Below the pieces are notes generated by a model. That model did no database searches. It saw only the letters and a list, made by a program, of their open reading frames with translations, and was not told the origin of the DNA. A program made the position numbers and the translations under genes. A DNA stretch of 63,855 bases, the filler included, from Octopus bimaculoides (Eukaryota): the NCBI RefSeq assembly GCF_001194135.2. It is 6 parts of 5 records of this genome, joined end to end, with 100 filler letters (N's around TTAATTAATTAA, not from the genome) between each part and the next. Parts side by side here need not be neighbours in the genome. Positions count along the whole stretch, not along the records: positions 34,658 to 55,747 come from NC_068984.1; positions 55,848 to 62,537 come from NC_068986.1; 4 more parts are not named here. The stretch is one strand, 5' to 3'. How positions within the stretch are numbered: position 1 is the stretch's first letter; every line of letters starts with the position of its first letter. Positions 49,277-61,449 of this stretch are shown here, piece after piece.

Positions 49277-49606
49277 TAATATAAAATTAAAGATGCCATC
49301 ATATATCAAATCTTTAGAAAAGTGTATAGATGATAATATTTGAAGTAATCCTAATATAATTATAATTCATGAAAGATATTCAATGAATAGTGAAAGAATA
49401 TCATATATCTCAGCTCTCATACAAAATATATGCTCTGAAGAATAATAGATAAATTTAAATTTTAACAATTGTTTTCAATAGACAGTAATAAACGGAAATA
49501 AAGTTTAGCTAATTTGAAGAAATGTTAAACATTTCTTACATAGGTACAAAGATAATTTTAAAAATTAACACCAACAAATACAGGCATCCTCTGCATTACT
49601 GCTACT

Positions 49607-50192
49607 GGATCTTTTTTAAAACGGGGGCCACATTTTTCATTAATGTTTTACGTAGTGTTTTTGGTACCGAAAGACTTTCAAACTTTGTATACTTATCTAT
49701 TTTGTGTTATAGAACAGAAGAATATTTTTGTATTCGAATTTATTTCATGTAAAAAATTGTCTTATTTCGATAATTTCAACCAATCACTGACAAGTATTCA
49801 GTTGTTTACCTTTACTCCTTTGGCTCATTAAGTGATGTAAAGCGTATTTAATCTCCATACCTTCGTTTTATTTGCTTTTTTCATTTTAAATTTGCTTTAA
49901 CCCTAACCTTAACCCTAACCCTAACCCTAGGGTTAGGGTTAGAGTTAGGGTTAATTGTTTCAGAATCGTTTGTTTATGTAGTCGGCACTTAATGTATATC
50001 GGCTGAATGGACGTCAGTGATTGGTTGAAATTACAGAAATACGACAACTTTAACATGGAATAATTTATGGATTTCTTTTTTTTTTAAGAAGACTAAGAGA
50101 AAAAGATGTTTTATATGACACATTCTACCAGTGTTCCAAGTTTCAAAGTGTTTCGTTAATGAAAAATGTGGCCCCCGTTTTAAAAAAGATCC
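49607..50192. mobile_element. 586-bp MITE with 37-bp perfect TIRs, 8-bp TSD and telomeric palindromic core (Merlin-like ends)
   Basis: TIR ggatcttttttaaaacgggggccacatttttcattaa is identical at both ends. TSD ctgctact lies at 49599-49606 and 50193-50200. (CCCTAA)n(TTAGGG)n spans 49898-49954. Confidence 0.92.
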
Positions 50193-50344
50193 CTGCTACT
50201 TCAGAATACAGGATTTCACACTTACAGGAATTGTAAAGGGTAAAGTATGACCATTGATTTCGGGATACAGCCTGTATCGTATCACACAGTTTACACTTAC
50301 TTCTTAGATCAATGGCCACTTGTGTTTTAGTTAAGATCAAAGTA

Positions 50345-51246
50345 CAAGGTGGTATCGAAAAGTTCCCAGACTAGTTCTGTAGTGTACCAACAGATGGCAG
50401 CACATGGTTACGTGCAAAGTGAGAGCCAGCAGTGATTATCATGAGGTAGTGTGTCAGTGATATCACTGTTTACTTTGCAAGCTGTGAAATTTGTATTTTT
50501 GTGATCACATGTATGCTGTAATCTGTGATTTTTGTCATGGACAGCAAGTTGGAACAAAGAGTCAACATGAAATTTTGCCCTAAACTTGAGAAATCTGTTA
50601 CAGAGGCATTGAGCATGCTTTGGCAAGCTTAAAGCCAATGGAGCAATGGGTCTTATATAATGTTTCAAGTGGCACAGACAGTTCTAAAGTGAAAGAATGT
50701 CTTTGGAAGACAATGAGCAATTTGGAAGACTTGCCATGAGTGTCACCCCCAGAAATGTGGAGAAAATTCATCAGCTTGTGCATGAGAATCATCGGAGGAC
50801 AATCAATGAGGTTTTGAAGCATTTGAAGAAGGACATTCGATGACAACGACTGGATCTGTGGAGCACAAAGAATTGGATTCATGACAACAATGTCACCTAG
50901 CTCTCCTCACTTCTGAGTTTCTCAAAGACAACATGGTATCACTTCTGCACTTGCCCCATTCACCAGATTTAGCACTTGCAGACTTCCATCTCTTCCCCAA
51001 AATGGAAATGCAGCTCAAAGGTTGCTATTTTAACACCAATGTCAAGATCAAGAGCGAATCGCAGAGGTCCTTGACTTGCTTATGGAAAACAAGTTCCGGG
51101 TCAGATTCCAAAAGAAGTAGGAACACCGGGACTGATGTATTGCTGTGCAAGGTGACTATTTTGAAGGAGATGATATTAAAACTTAGATTAAATAAGTTAT
51201 TTTTTATTACACATAACTAGTCCTGAAACTTTTTGATACCACCCCA
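50345..51246 (+). mobile_element. Mariner element, decayed and internally deleted, with TIRs and TA TSD
   Basis: TIRs ta|caaggtggtatcgaaaagttcccagactagtt and aactagtcctgaaactttttgataccacccca|ta. Peptides are LEQRVNMKFCPKL, NVEKIHQLVHENHRRTINEV and HLPHSPDLALADFHLFPKM (YSPDLAP-like). Confidence 0.9.
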
Positions 51247-51894
51247 TATAGTGAAAAATTTAAGTATCATTAAATTACACAGGCACACATGTATATATAA
51301 TGCACATAATGTAAGTAGATATACATGTGTGTGCGTGTCTGATTTTTCAGATTTATTTCAAGATTTAGAGAAACAGCCAGTTTCTAACCTAGATTCAAGA
51401 CTCCTTCACTGGAATTTCAAGAGCTTTAACAGGATAATTTTGCATATGTATTTGCAGCATTTGGAGTCAGTGCTTGTGCAGATTTGTATGCTTTGTTTTA
51501 TGCATGTATTCACATGCATATAGTTGCATGTCTAGACATGTGTATATATTCTTGATGTGGAAGGATTCTGACCACCCACAAGTAACCAAAAGTGCATTGA
51601 TACACTGCTATAAAATAAAGAACTCTGAGCAATTGACGTTAAGCAATTCACTGTGAGCCACTGGCAGAGAGCGTTTAAGTTCATGTAACAGTAATCACAG
51701 TAACATGAAGGTGGTGGTTCATGCCTCACGTTCTCTGATATCAGCAGAAAAAAAATTACAGCCAAATCGAAAAGGGGGCTCTAGAGATTATTTTTGCCTT
51801 AAAAAATTTCATAGATTTTTACACAGTAGCAATTTTCACCTACAGACTGATCATCATCTCTTATCAATATATGGGTCAAAGAAAGGAATCCCTA

Positions 51895-52680
51895 CCCATA
51901 CTGCAATGCTGGGATACGATATTATTAAATTATGATTTTAAGATGGAATATATACCATCTAAAAAAGTAAGATATGCAGATTGCTTATCAAGACTGATTT
52001 CAAAAAATGCTGAACCAATGAAGGTACCATGATTGCTGTATTGCAAGCAGAAAATGAAATTAAAATTGTTTCATGTAACGTCATATGTGAACTGCCAGTC
52101 ACATTACAAGACATGAAATTAAAATTGGAAAACGATAAATTCATGAAAAGAATTCAAGAAATACTGAAGGATAAAAGAGAAAAAGATATATGCAATGCAA
52201 ATGAGAACCCATTCTCAATGTGTGACAATGTGTTGATGTACACACGGAGTAATAGTGCCAGCCACACTAGAGACGGGATTACTAAAGGAATTTCACATTG
52301 GTCACCCAGGGATTTCAAGAATGAAATCATAAATGAGTGTGTATACTGGCCAACAATGGACCATGACATTGAAGAACTAGTGAAAGCATGCAGAGGGTGT
52401 GCCCTAGCTGCAAAAGCACCTACCACTAAATGGCAACTGTGGCCAAAAACAGATACCCTATGGTCCAAACTGCATATTGATTATGCAGGTTCACTTAAGG
52501 GTTCATATCACCTTGTTGTGGTGGACAGTTTTTCAAAGTGGCCTGAAATGCATAAATGTAAAAAGCCAACATCTGCATTTACAGTAAGTTTTTTATACAA
52601 ATTGTTTGCCAGATATGGTATTCCTAATACCATTGTGTCTGATAATGGAACTCAGTTTACTTCAGATGAGTTCAGAAAAT
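51895..52680 (+). mobile_element. Ty3/Gypsy pol fragment: RNase H end, integrase zinc-binding domain and core
   Basis: Encodes LLNYDFKMEYIPSKKVRYADCLSRL, then VYWPTMDHDIEELVKACRGC...WSKLHIDYAG...VVVDSFSKWPE...LFARYGIPNTIVSDNGTQFTS. The HHCC region is frameshifted. Confidence 0.92.
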
Positions 52681-52779
52681 TATATTTGCAATTAAGTGTT
52701 CTCTTTTTGTTATCGCCAAGCATCACTTCTATTTCCTTCTTCACTTGTTGTTGGTGATATGTATAGTGATTTGCATGTT

Positions 52780-53330
52780 TACAAGCAATAAGCAGTCACA
52801 TGGCTGATGGTCGTCCATATTTCAGCTATCTTTTTCTGTCTTCAAAACCCATGATAGCACCTACTTTGTTGTATCAGTTTTGTTTACTTTCTGAAATATT
52901 GTTCATGTACTGCTTCACAGTAGTAGACAGGGCATATAGACAGGCATTAATCTGCCAGGATGAGGGTTCATTACATTGCTGTAAATACTCCTTTCCAATT
53001 TCATTATTGGCTTTTAATACTATGTCTTTTGCTTACTTTGGTAGAGAATACTCTTTTCAAGAGAATATTTCAAAGCCAAAGTTATTTTTTCTTGAAAAAT
53101 TTTATCAAGGGCATATTTCACTAATATATAACCCTGACTGCCACTACTGCAATAATCATTGCAGTTGTGTTTGCTATTTACCATAGTTGTAGTAGAGGGA
53201 CAGTGGTCAGTTGCTTCAGCCTGCAATGTAGTTTGGCTGGCAGGCAGTATAGTACCTGTTAGAATATCACCCTTGTTCATATGTATGTCTCTTCTGCTTT
53301 TAATCATTTAAGTTCTTCCTCTGAAGAAGG
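52780..53330 (-). mobile_element. Possible N-terminal fragment of a REL-type LINE ORF
   Basis: The minus strand gives EPSSWQINACLYALSTTVKQY, resembling the W..N.L.Y...TV motif of these ORFs. It is degraded. Confidence 0.35.
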
Positions 53331-54029
53331 AGCTGGTTTCTGACAAAGATACAAAGCTCTCTCTTTGATATGTAGATAATGGAAACAATTGTTGTAGAGG
53401 GGAAAATCAGTCCCCCAGACATAAAACCTGTGCATCAATGTCTCTCTATCTCTCTTGTCCCACACAACGAATGCTAATATATAGTATGTAAATAAGCAAA
53501 TTCATTTCAAACAAAAACATATTATGTGGTATCCTAAAGTATTTTAAAAGCTGAATGAAATGTCCTTGATCTTAGGTCATTGAGGATTGACTTGAGACTA
53601 AACAACCACAAAACAATTAGCAAGAACAATATAACCACTGCAACACCAATGATACCCACTCACTGTTGCTAACATCTAAACCTGCATCATCTCCACAATC
53701 AACCCACCAACTTTGGAATGCAACTAGCTACAACAGCTATCAGCGTGTATGCCAACACGGGTGTGTACAAGTGAGAGAGTGGAGTGTTTGTCTATTTATG
53801 TTTTAAGTCAGAAGTGCAAAGGGGTAATTGTCAATATGTGATCCTTCAGCTAACTGTAATCACATACTTTCTCTTCCTCAGTCATTCACCGTTTCATCTC
53901 ATTTCCATTGTTGCATCAATAGGAATAAAACAATTTCCCCATTTTCAAAATTCAGATCGTTCCTGGGACAACTTTTTTACTACATTTTTCTTATGAATAA
54001 TTAATTGCCCCGAGTGTTGGATTTGCCTT

Positions 54030-55245
54030 CAATTTATGACATCTGTAAAGAAGCTATTAAGTAGACATGTAGGCAGAAGGGCAAAAAAGAACCATAAAGG
54101 GATTACACTAAATTTTACACTTGATGTTTTCAAAAGACTTGATGCAGAGGTAAAACTAAGTTATATTGCCAAAACATTAATTATTGCAACATCTACAATG
54201 GGAACAATACGTGACAGAGAGAAAATTATGTCAAATGTTCAAGAATCTAATCTGTTAACTGACCAGGCCATATTTTCCCATAGATCTAATGTTTAAAACG
54301 GAACAACTTTTGAGTGTTTGGGTTGAAGATCAGAACCAGTGTAATGTGCTGACAAACATGATGGTAATTCAAATTAAGAGCTGAAAATTTAAATGACAAT
54401 TTACAAAAGGAAGGTAAAACTCCTGGAAGAAATTCAACAAAATAGATCAGTGGATAATATAACTGAGTCATGAGAGGAAATGAAACCTTCAACTTTGAAT
54501 AGTGATTGGAAAAGTATATGGCCAGACTGCATCAAATTCAGAAAGATACTGTGACACTTACAAAGGATGTAGGAGTTGAAGAAATCATAGAGGATGATGT
54601 AACTGGGTTGCTAGTGTCCCAGTAAGAAAGTTTGTCTAACAAGGAGCTGATGCTTTTAGAAAAAGAACAAGCTGAGAACACAGGTGAGCCACTTAGAGAA
54701 GGTCTGCAGGTTTTTACTGATTATGATCCTAATTGTGAATGTAGCATAAAAATTACATGAGAAGTTTACAATGAGCTCAGTTCTTGTAGTAAGTTGTACA
54801 AAGAGAAGATAAACAACTAACAACTTTAGATAAGTTCTTCACTCTTCAAGCTGATAATGAACTTATAAGATAGTAAATATTGACCCTCATCCTCCGAGTA
54901 ACACTCATTCCACCTCTACCCCTCCCACAGGAATCAATAGCTTTTGTTATAAGAACATACTCTGACGATATTACGATTCTGAATTCCCTAAGGTATTCCA
55001 CTTAATATGTTTTTGTGTTTTCATCTCCCATGTATGTTTAGAAACTATTATTTTATATATAAAGGTGAGCATGTTGCTTGTTCTCTGTTGTTTTCTTTTT
55101 CTTTTCTTTTTTTAAAAATGTCTGTAGGAAACAGTTTCACTTGATAATATAAAAATCAAAAGGAAAATTAATTTTGCATTAAGGTATTTTGTGTTACAGC
55201 CAAATTTTCAGGAAAGCATTACATCTGTAAAGCAAGGGATTCCTG
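54030..55245 (+). mobile_element. Tigger/pogo relic (CENP-B-like HTH N-terminus and C-terminal piece, internal deletion)
   Basis: Encodes KGITLNFTLDVFKRLDAEVKLSYIAKTL..ATSTMGTIRDREKI and, later, LNSDWKSIWPDC. A Tigger-like end gtaaagcaagggattcctg|ta lies at 55245. Confidence 0.65.
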
Positions 55246-55747
55246 TATATATTGATTTTGAATGTTTCCATAGAAATGGAGAAAACAAAGATCTAAAATT
55301 TTTTCTCAAATTGTCTGCATAAATATGTATGTTCTTATAACTAAATGGTAATTAGTTTTTTAAACGTCTGCCGCCACCCTCTGCAGTATTCCAATTGCAA
55401 TTCACATTTTTTAAAAATTAACCCACCCTTCCTCTTTATCAGATTTCCTCAATTAATTTTTTTTTTTTTTTTTGCTATTTTATTTTTTCCCCATACTTTT
55501 GCATTCTGAGAACCTTTTTTTTTTTTTCTAATACAACATAAAAATTACAAGAAGAGTAAGCTGATTGGTAGTATTTTGGAGTCCTGAAGTGAAGAATAAC
55601 TGCAATTTTGTCTCATGTGGGACATGAAAAAAATGTAAGATTAAATGTGATGGGAATTATGTTGGTTTCTATTTCTTTTTGTCAGTACATTTTCTAAGTG
55701 AATATCTTTCCTGGGGAAGGGGGTCATTAATTTCTTGTATGATAAAG

Positions 55748-55847
55748 NNNNNNNNNNNNNNNNNNNNNNNNNNNNNNNNNNNNNNNNNNNNTTAATTAAT
55801 TAANNNNNNNNNNNNNNNNNNNNNNNNNNNNNNNNNNNNNNNNNNNN
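55748..55847. other. Artificial scaffold join: 44N + TTAATTAATTAA + 44N
   Basis: Same structure as 12821-12920. Confidence 0.95.
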
Positions 55848-55880
<33 letters not shown>

Positions 55881-56299
55881 TTATGTATATATATATATCT
55901 ATCTATGTATATATGTATACACACACACATCTGTGTGTGCGTATATATATACAAGGAGAGAGAGAGAGAGAGAGAGGTGGTGGGGAGAACTTCAGACCAA
56001 GTCCGTAGCTAAAAAGTTCTGTTGATTGTTCAAACTGAGGTTGAGACTGAAAAAATATTACACACACACACACACGCACACACACACATACACACACACA
56101 GATACACACACACATACACACACACACACGCACACACACAAGCACACCGACATATACAAACATACATACATACATACATACATACACATATACATACGCA
56201 TATGTAATATGTATCCAAAATAGTAAAGAAATATAACAAAAGTTATATTAATGAAGGGTAGGTTCGTGGTGTGGGATGGGGGAGAGAAGGAACTGGAGG

Positions 56300-57769
56300 A
56301 TGAATTCTTGCAGTTGTCAGGTGATGGTGATGGAAGAGGTGGTAGAGATGGTGTTGCTGGAGGTGATGTGTTGGGGTGGTACTGATGCTGGATGACGTCC
56401 ATGGTTGAAATGATGGTTTTTCGAGATGAGGTGTTTCGGCTGTCTTTGGTGCTGGTGGTATCAGAGCTATGATATTGTGAGAGCTGAAGGTATTGGGTGT
56501 GGCGGCAGCGACGGAGGTGATGGCGCTGGTGGTGATGATGGTGATGGTAGTGATAGTGTGGTGGTGGTGGTGGTGGTGGTGGTGGATGTCGGAGGTTTTC
56601 TCCGTCGTTGTAATTGTAATGGTGATAATGGTCCTGGTGATGGTCATAGTTTTGTTGTCGNNNNNNNNNNNNNNNNNNNNNNNNNNNNNNNNNNNNNNNN
56701 NNNNNNNNNNNNNNNNNNNNNNNNNNNNNNNNNNNNNNNNNNNNNNNNNNNNNNNNNNNNNNNNNNNNNNNNNNNNNNNNNNNNNNNNNNNNNNNNNNNN
56801 NNNNNNNNNNNNNNNNNNNNNNNNNNNNNNNNNNNNNNNNNNNNNNNNNNNNNNNNNNNNNNNNNNNNNNNNNNNNNNNNNNNNNNNNNNNNNNNNNNNN
56901 NNNNNNNNNNNNNNNNNNNNNNNNNNNNNNNNNNNNNNNNNNNNNNNNNNNNNNNNNNNNNNNNNNNNNNNNNNNNNNNNNNNNNNNNNNNNNNNNNNNN
57001 NNAGTGGTGGTGTTGGTGGTGTTGGTGGTGGTGGTGACAGTAGTAATGGTTGTTGGTAGTGTTCATAGTAACAATGTTGCGAATGCAGGTGGCGCTGAGC
57101 TTCTAAGACAGTTTTTAGTATATTGCAGCATCAGCATTCCCACCACTACCACCACCACCACCACCACCACCACCACCATCATCATCATCACCATTACCAT
57201 CATCATCTTTATCATCATCAGCATCAGTATCATCATCATCATCATCATTATCATGAATCATCATCGTCATCATGACCACCATCAATACCACCACCGCCAC
57301 AACCACCCCTCCCCCATCGCTATCATTATCATCAACATCACCATCATCGTCATCGTTAATTATCATCGTCAACACCATCATCATCAGCATCACCATCAGC
57401 AGAAGTAGCGAAGAGTAATCATTGGTGCTGACCAATATAGTAACAATAAAAGACAGCAGCCAGTGTCCAAGACACTAATTTAGTGCGAAAATAAAAGAAG
57501 AAAGTTAAACAAACAATAAAAACAAGTTGTATAAAGAACCAAATAAAATAACAATAAAATATAATGATAAAAGAGATGAGAAAAAGGAAAAAAATCAAAA
57601 AGATATATATACGAAAGCAAAAGATAATAAAATAGAGAAAATAAAAAGAAAAGAAAATGCCGATGTATAAACGAAATAAAAAGAAAAAGAACATAATAAA
57701 AATAATAATAATAATTATGTTGGATAACAGTTACATGTAGGTATTACGTGGTGTAATATATATGTTTGA

Positions 57770-57800
<31 letters not shown>

Positions 57801-59078
57801 TGTATGTGTGTGTGTATGTGTGTGTGTATGTGCGTATGTATGTGCGTATGTATGCATGTATGTGTGTATGTATGAATTTATATATGTATGAATTAATGTA
57901 TGCATGTATGTATANNNNNNNNNNNNNNNNNNNNNNNNNNNNNNNNNNNNNNNNNNNNNNNNNNNNNNNNNNNNNNNNNNNNNNNNNNNNNNNNNNNNNN
58001 NNNNNNNNNNNNNNNNNNNNNNNNNNNNNNNNNNNNNNNNNNNNNNNNNNNNNNNNNNNNNNNNNNNNNNNNNNNNNNNNNNNNNNNNNNNNNNNNNNNN
58101 NNNNNNNNNNNNNNNNNNNNNNNNNNNNNNNNNNNNNNNNNNNNNNNNNNNNNNNNNNNNNNNNNNNNNNNNNNNNNNNNNNNNNNNNNNNNNNNNNNNN
58201 NNNNNNNNNNNNNNNNNNNNNNNNNNNNNNNNNNNNNNNNNNNNNNNNNNNNNNNNNNNNNNNNNNNNNNNNNNNNNNNNNNNNNNNNNNNNNNNNNNNN
58301 NNNNNNNNNNNNNNNNNNNNNNNNNNNNNNNNNNNNNNNNNNNNNNNNNNNNNNNNNNNNNNNNNNNNNNNNNNNNNNNNNNNNNNNNNNNNNNNNNATA
58401 TTCATACACAAACGAATCGTTGATGACGTCATTTTCATATATACACATGCACCAATCAATGGTGACACTAGAATTGTTTGTTAGTGCACTTCTTGTCACA
58501 GTTGTTGTTGTTCTTGTTCTTGTTGTTGATGATGATGATGACGATGACTGTTGTGGCGGCGCTGGTACGTGTGGTGGTGCTGGTGGTTTTGGAGGTGATG
58601 TGAGATGGTAAAAGTAGACATCATAATATTGGACGCTATGACGGCGGCGGCGGTGGTGGTGNNNNNNNNNNNNNNNNNNNNNNNNNNNNNNNNNNNNNNN
58701 NNNNNNNNNNNNNNNNNNNNNNNNNNNNNNNNNNNNNNNNNNNNNNNNNNNNNNNNNNNNNNNNNNNNNNNNNNNNNNNNNNNNNNNNNNNNNNNNNNNN
58801 NNNNNNNNNNNNNNNNNNNNNNNNNNNNNNNNNNNNNNNNNNNNNNNNNNNNNNNNNNNNNNNNNNNNNNNNNNNNNNNNNNNNNNNNNNNNNNNNNNNN
58901 NNNNNNNNNNNNNNNNNNNNNNNNNNNNNNNNNNNNNNNNNNNNNNNNNNNNNNNNNNNNNNNNNNNNNNNNNNNNNNNNNNNNNNNNNNNNNNNNNNNN
59001 NNNNNNNNNNNNNNNNNNNNNNNNNNNNNNNNNNNNNNNNNNNNNNNNNNNNNNNNNNNNNNNNNNNNNNNNNNCAAC

Positions 59079-59119
<41 letters not shown>

Positions 59120-59141
59120 CACCACCAACAACAACATCAAC

Positions 59142-59197
<56 letters not shown>

Positions 59198-59460
59198 TAA
59201 TAAGCGATGATGGCCTAGGAGTGGTGGTGAGAATGTGTTGTGGAACAGCGTGGTGTAGAATGGTTGATGTGCGGCAGATAGGATGCGGTGTAGTTCCGTT
59301 CAAATACTATTTTGTACTTACCGTTCAATAAGTCAATAATCATTCGACGACAATAACAACAACAACAACAACAGCATGGTCACCGCCACCACAACCATCC
59401 CCACTGCTATCACTTCGACGCCTCCGCCACTACGAACACCACGATCACCACAATGACAAC
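56300..59460. repeat. Compound trinucleotide low-complexity zone (GGT, GAT, CAC, CAT, AAT, CAA) broken by gaps
   Basis: Direct reading. Confidence 0.9.
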
Positions 59461-60007
59461 CTCCACAGCCACCACCATCTCCTCTGTTTCGTACCTCTAA
59501 TTTTTATAATAGATTTAATATCAGAGCTGTATGTAAAAGTCTTTTGTTTCTGTGAGGAATTTGTGAGGAAAATTGTGGTGCGGCTGTCCGCATTAGACAG
59601 CAAGTCCTATAATTGGTGCCAATCATAGTCTCTAATGGAATGGTTGTGAATTCTTTGATCTATCGACTTCGTTCATATCCTGATATCATACACCGGAGAC
59701 GAATTTAGTACAGTTCTTTACTGTACTGCTGTTATTGGTGACGGTGTTTGTAGGTGGGTAAGGGGTAGTGTTATTTACCACAGGTTTGTAGTTAGGTAGG
59801 TATGCGGACGGATATTGAGACAGACTGATAAAATAGATAAACAGGGCGGATAAATGGATAATCAGTCGAGTTCGGATAAATAGACAGATGTCAGAAGAAG
59901 GAAAAAAGAAGAAAAAATAGCGAAGATGGACGAACTGACATACTCACCGATAGCCAGACGCGTAGACCTACAAACACACAGATAGACGCAGACAGACAGA
60001 TTAACAG

Positions 60008-60061
<54 letters not shown>

Positions 60062-60080
60062 CGGAACAGAGAAACGTATA

Positions 60081-60316
60081 CAGTAATCGTTCGTCATATC
60101 GCGGTTCTCCTATCACGCACTCAGTACATCGCGGTTCACCTCTCGCGCACTCAGTACATCGCGGATTTTTCTGGCTAATATATGAGAGTTTGTATCGCAG
60201 ACTCCTCAGTATATCGCGGGTTTCTGCTGCCGATAGGTATTTATATTTTTTTAGATTTTAATTATTTCCGCGGGAAGTATCGGAACGTAACACCCGCGAT
60301 AGTTGAGGGATTACTG
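60081..60316. mobile_element. 236-bp Tigger/pogo-type MITE with TA TSD and an internal 30-bp tandem duplication
   Basis: ta|cagtaatcgttcgtcatatcgcgg ... ccgcgatagttgagggattactg|ta. The unit atcgcggttc.cct.tc.cgcactcagtac occurs twice. Confidence 0.85.
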
Positions 60317-61083
60317 TATCTGCACTGATAGAATAAACGGTGGCTAGGCTAAACAGGCAATAAGATTGCCTTCAATCAATCAGATGGCTAAACAACAGCA
60401 ACAAGACAAGAACACAACAACAACAACAACAGCAAAAACAACACCAACAGCATCAGCAACAAAAACATCATAATCAACACATTTCTAATCATAGGTCGAG
60501 TGTTACGTGGCGATTCCAGTTCAAGAGTTTCTGAAATGCATCCCATTGAAAAGGTTTGTTTTATGTTAATCACTGGTAGGGAGACCGTATTTAGTTATGC
60601 AACAATAATATACTACCATGTATATTAAAGGCTTTATAAGTCAACACTGTGTCCCAACTGTGTTAGCAGTGCAATTCAATCATTTGTTACCAGTTGCCAA
60701 GAATGTGCTTAATATGTAAAATTGGTATATGCAATTGTGTTAAACAGCTAAATTTAGTGGCTATTTAAGTCATGTATTCGTGGATGCTTCATGACTTGGA
60801 TGTGGTACTGAGAAGGAGTAATAACTCCCGAAATATGCATGTACACCCATTACCGAATTTTCCATCTTTGATCGCATTGTTTACTGAGACGTATTTGTAT
60901 ACGAAACGTCGAGACTTTCAATGTTGGTCGCAATCTCTATAGAAAATCTGTAGAGATAACTTTATAAAGTGAATGAATCACACTGCCAACACAGATATAT
61001 TACAATATTCACTTGTAAACCCTTAATATATTTGGTGTATATAGCAATTAATATGTACGTACCAGTTGCCAGGAATGTGTTTA

Positions 61084-61305
61084 TCTCATTAATGCATAAC
61101 GTCCAGAAAAATGGACGCAGAAAAAATTACTATTACTTGTTTCGTACATGTATATAGTTGGTTTGTTTGTACGCAGCGCCTGCTCACTCATAGAGCACTA
61201 GTTTAGAGGGAGATTATGCCAAAAATAAGCTCAATAAATAGTTTATTTAACAAGCAATAGAAAATTTTCCTACGTCCATTTTTCTAGACGATATGCATTA
61301 ATGGA
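61084..61305. mobile_element. 222-bp MITE with about 60-bp imperfect TIRs and TTA duplication (Tourist/PIF-like)
   Basis: Left tctcattaatgcataacgtccagaaaaatggacgcagaaaaaattactattacttgtt versus right reverse complement tccattaatgcatatcgtctagaaaaatggacgtaggaaaattttctattgcttgtt. TTA lies at 61081-83 and 61306-08. The empty site is visible in the twin repeat at about 60710. Confidence 0.8.
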
Positions 61306-61391
61306 TTAATATGTGAAATTGGTATATCTAATTATGTTACACTGCTATATTTGGTAGTTATTTAAGCAATGTGTTCGTGGATGGTTAATGG

Positions 61392-61449
61392 AATGGATGT
61401 GATACTGAAGAAGAAGCAAGAACTCCTGAAATATGCATATACACCCATT
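61392..61449 (+). ncRNA. Minimal type I hammerhead ribozyme motif
   Basis: aatgg[at]gtg[a]ta-CTGAAGA-agaag caagaa ctcct-GAAA-t atgc a-TA^-tacacccatt. The core is intact, stem II has 4 of 5 pairs, and cleavage is predicted after A61439. Confidence 0.62.

Noticed and set aside
49898-49954. Ancient telomere-telomere fusion site
   Set aside because: The orientation is CCCTAA then TTAGGG, the reverse of a fusion scar, and the tract is inside a TIR/TSD-bounded element.
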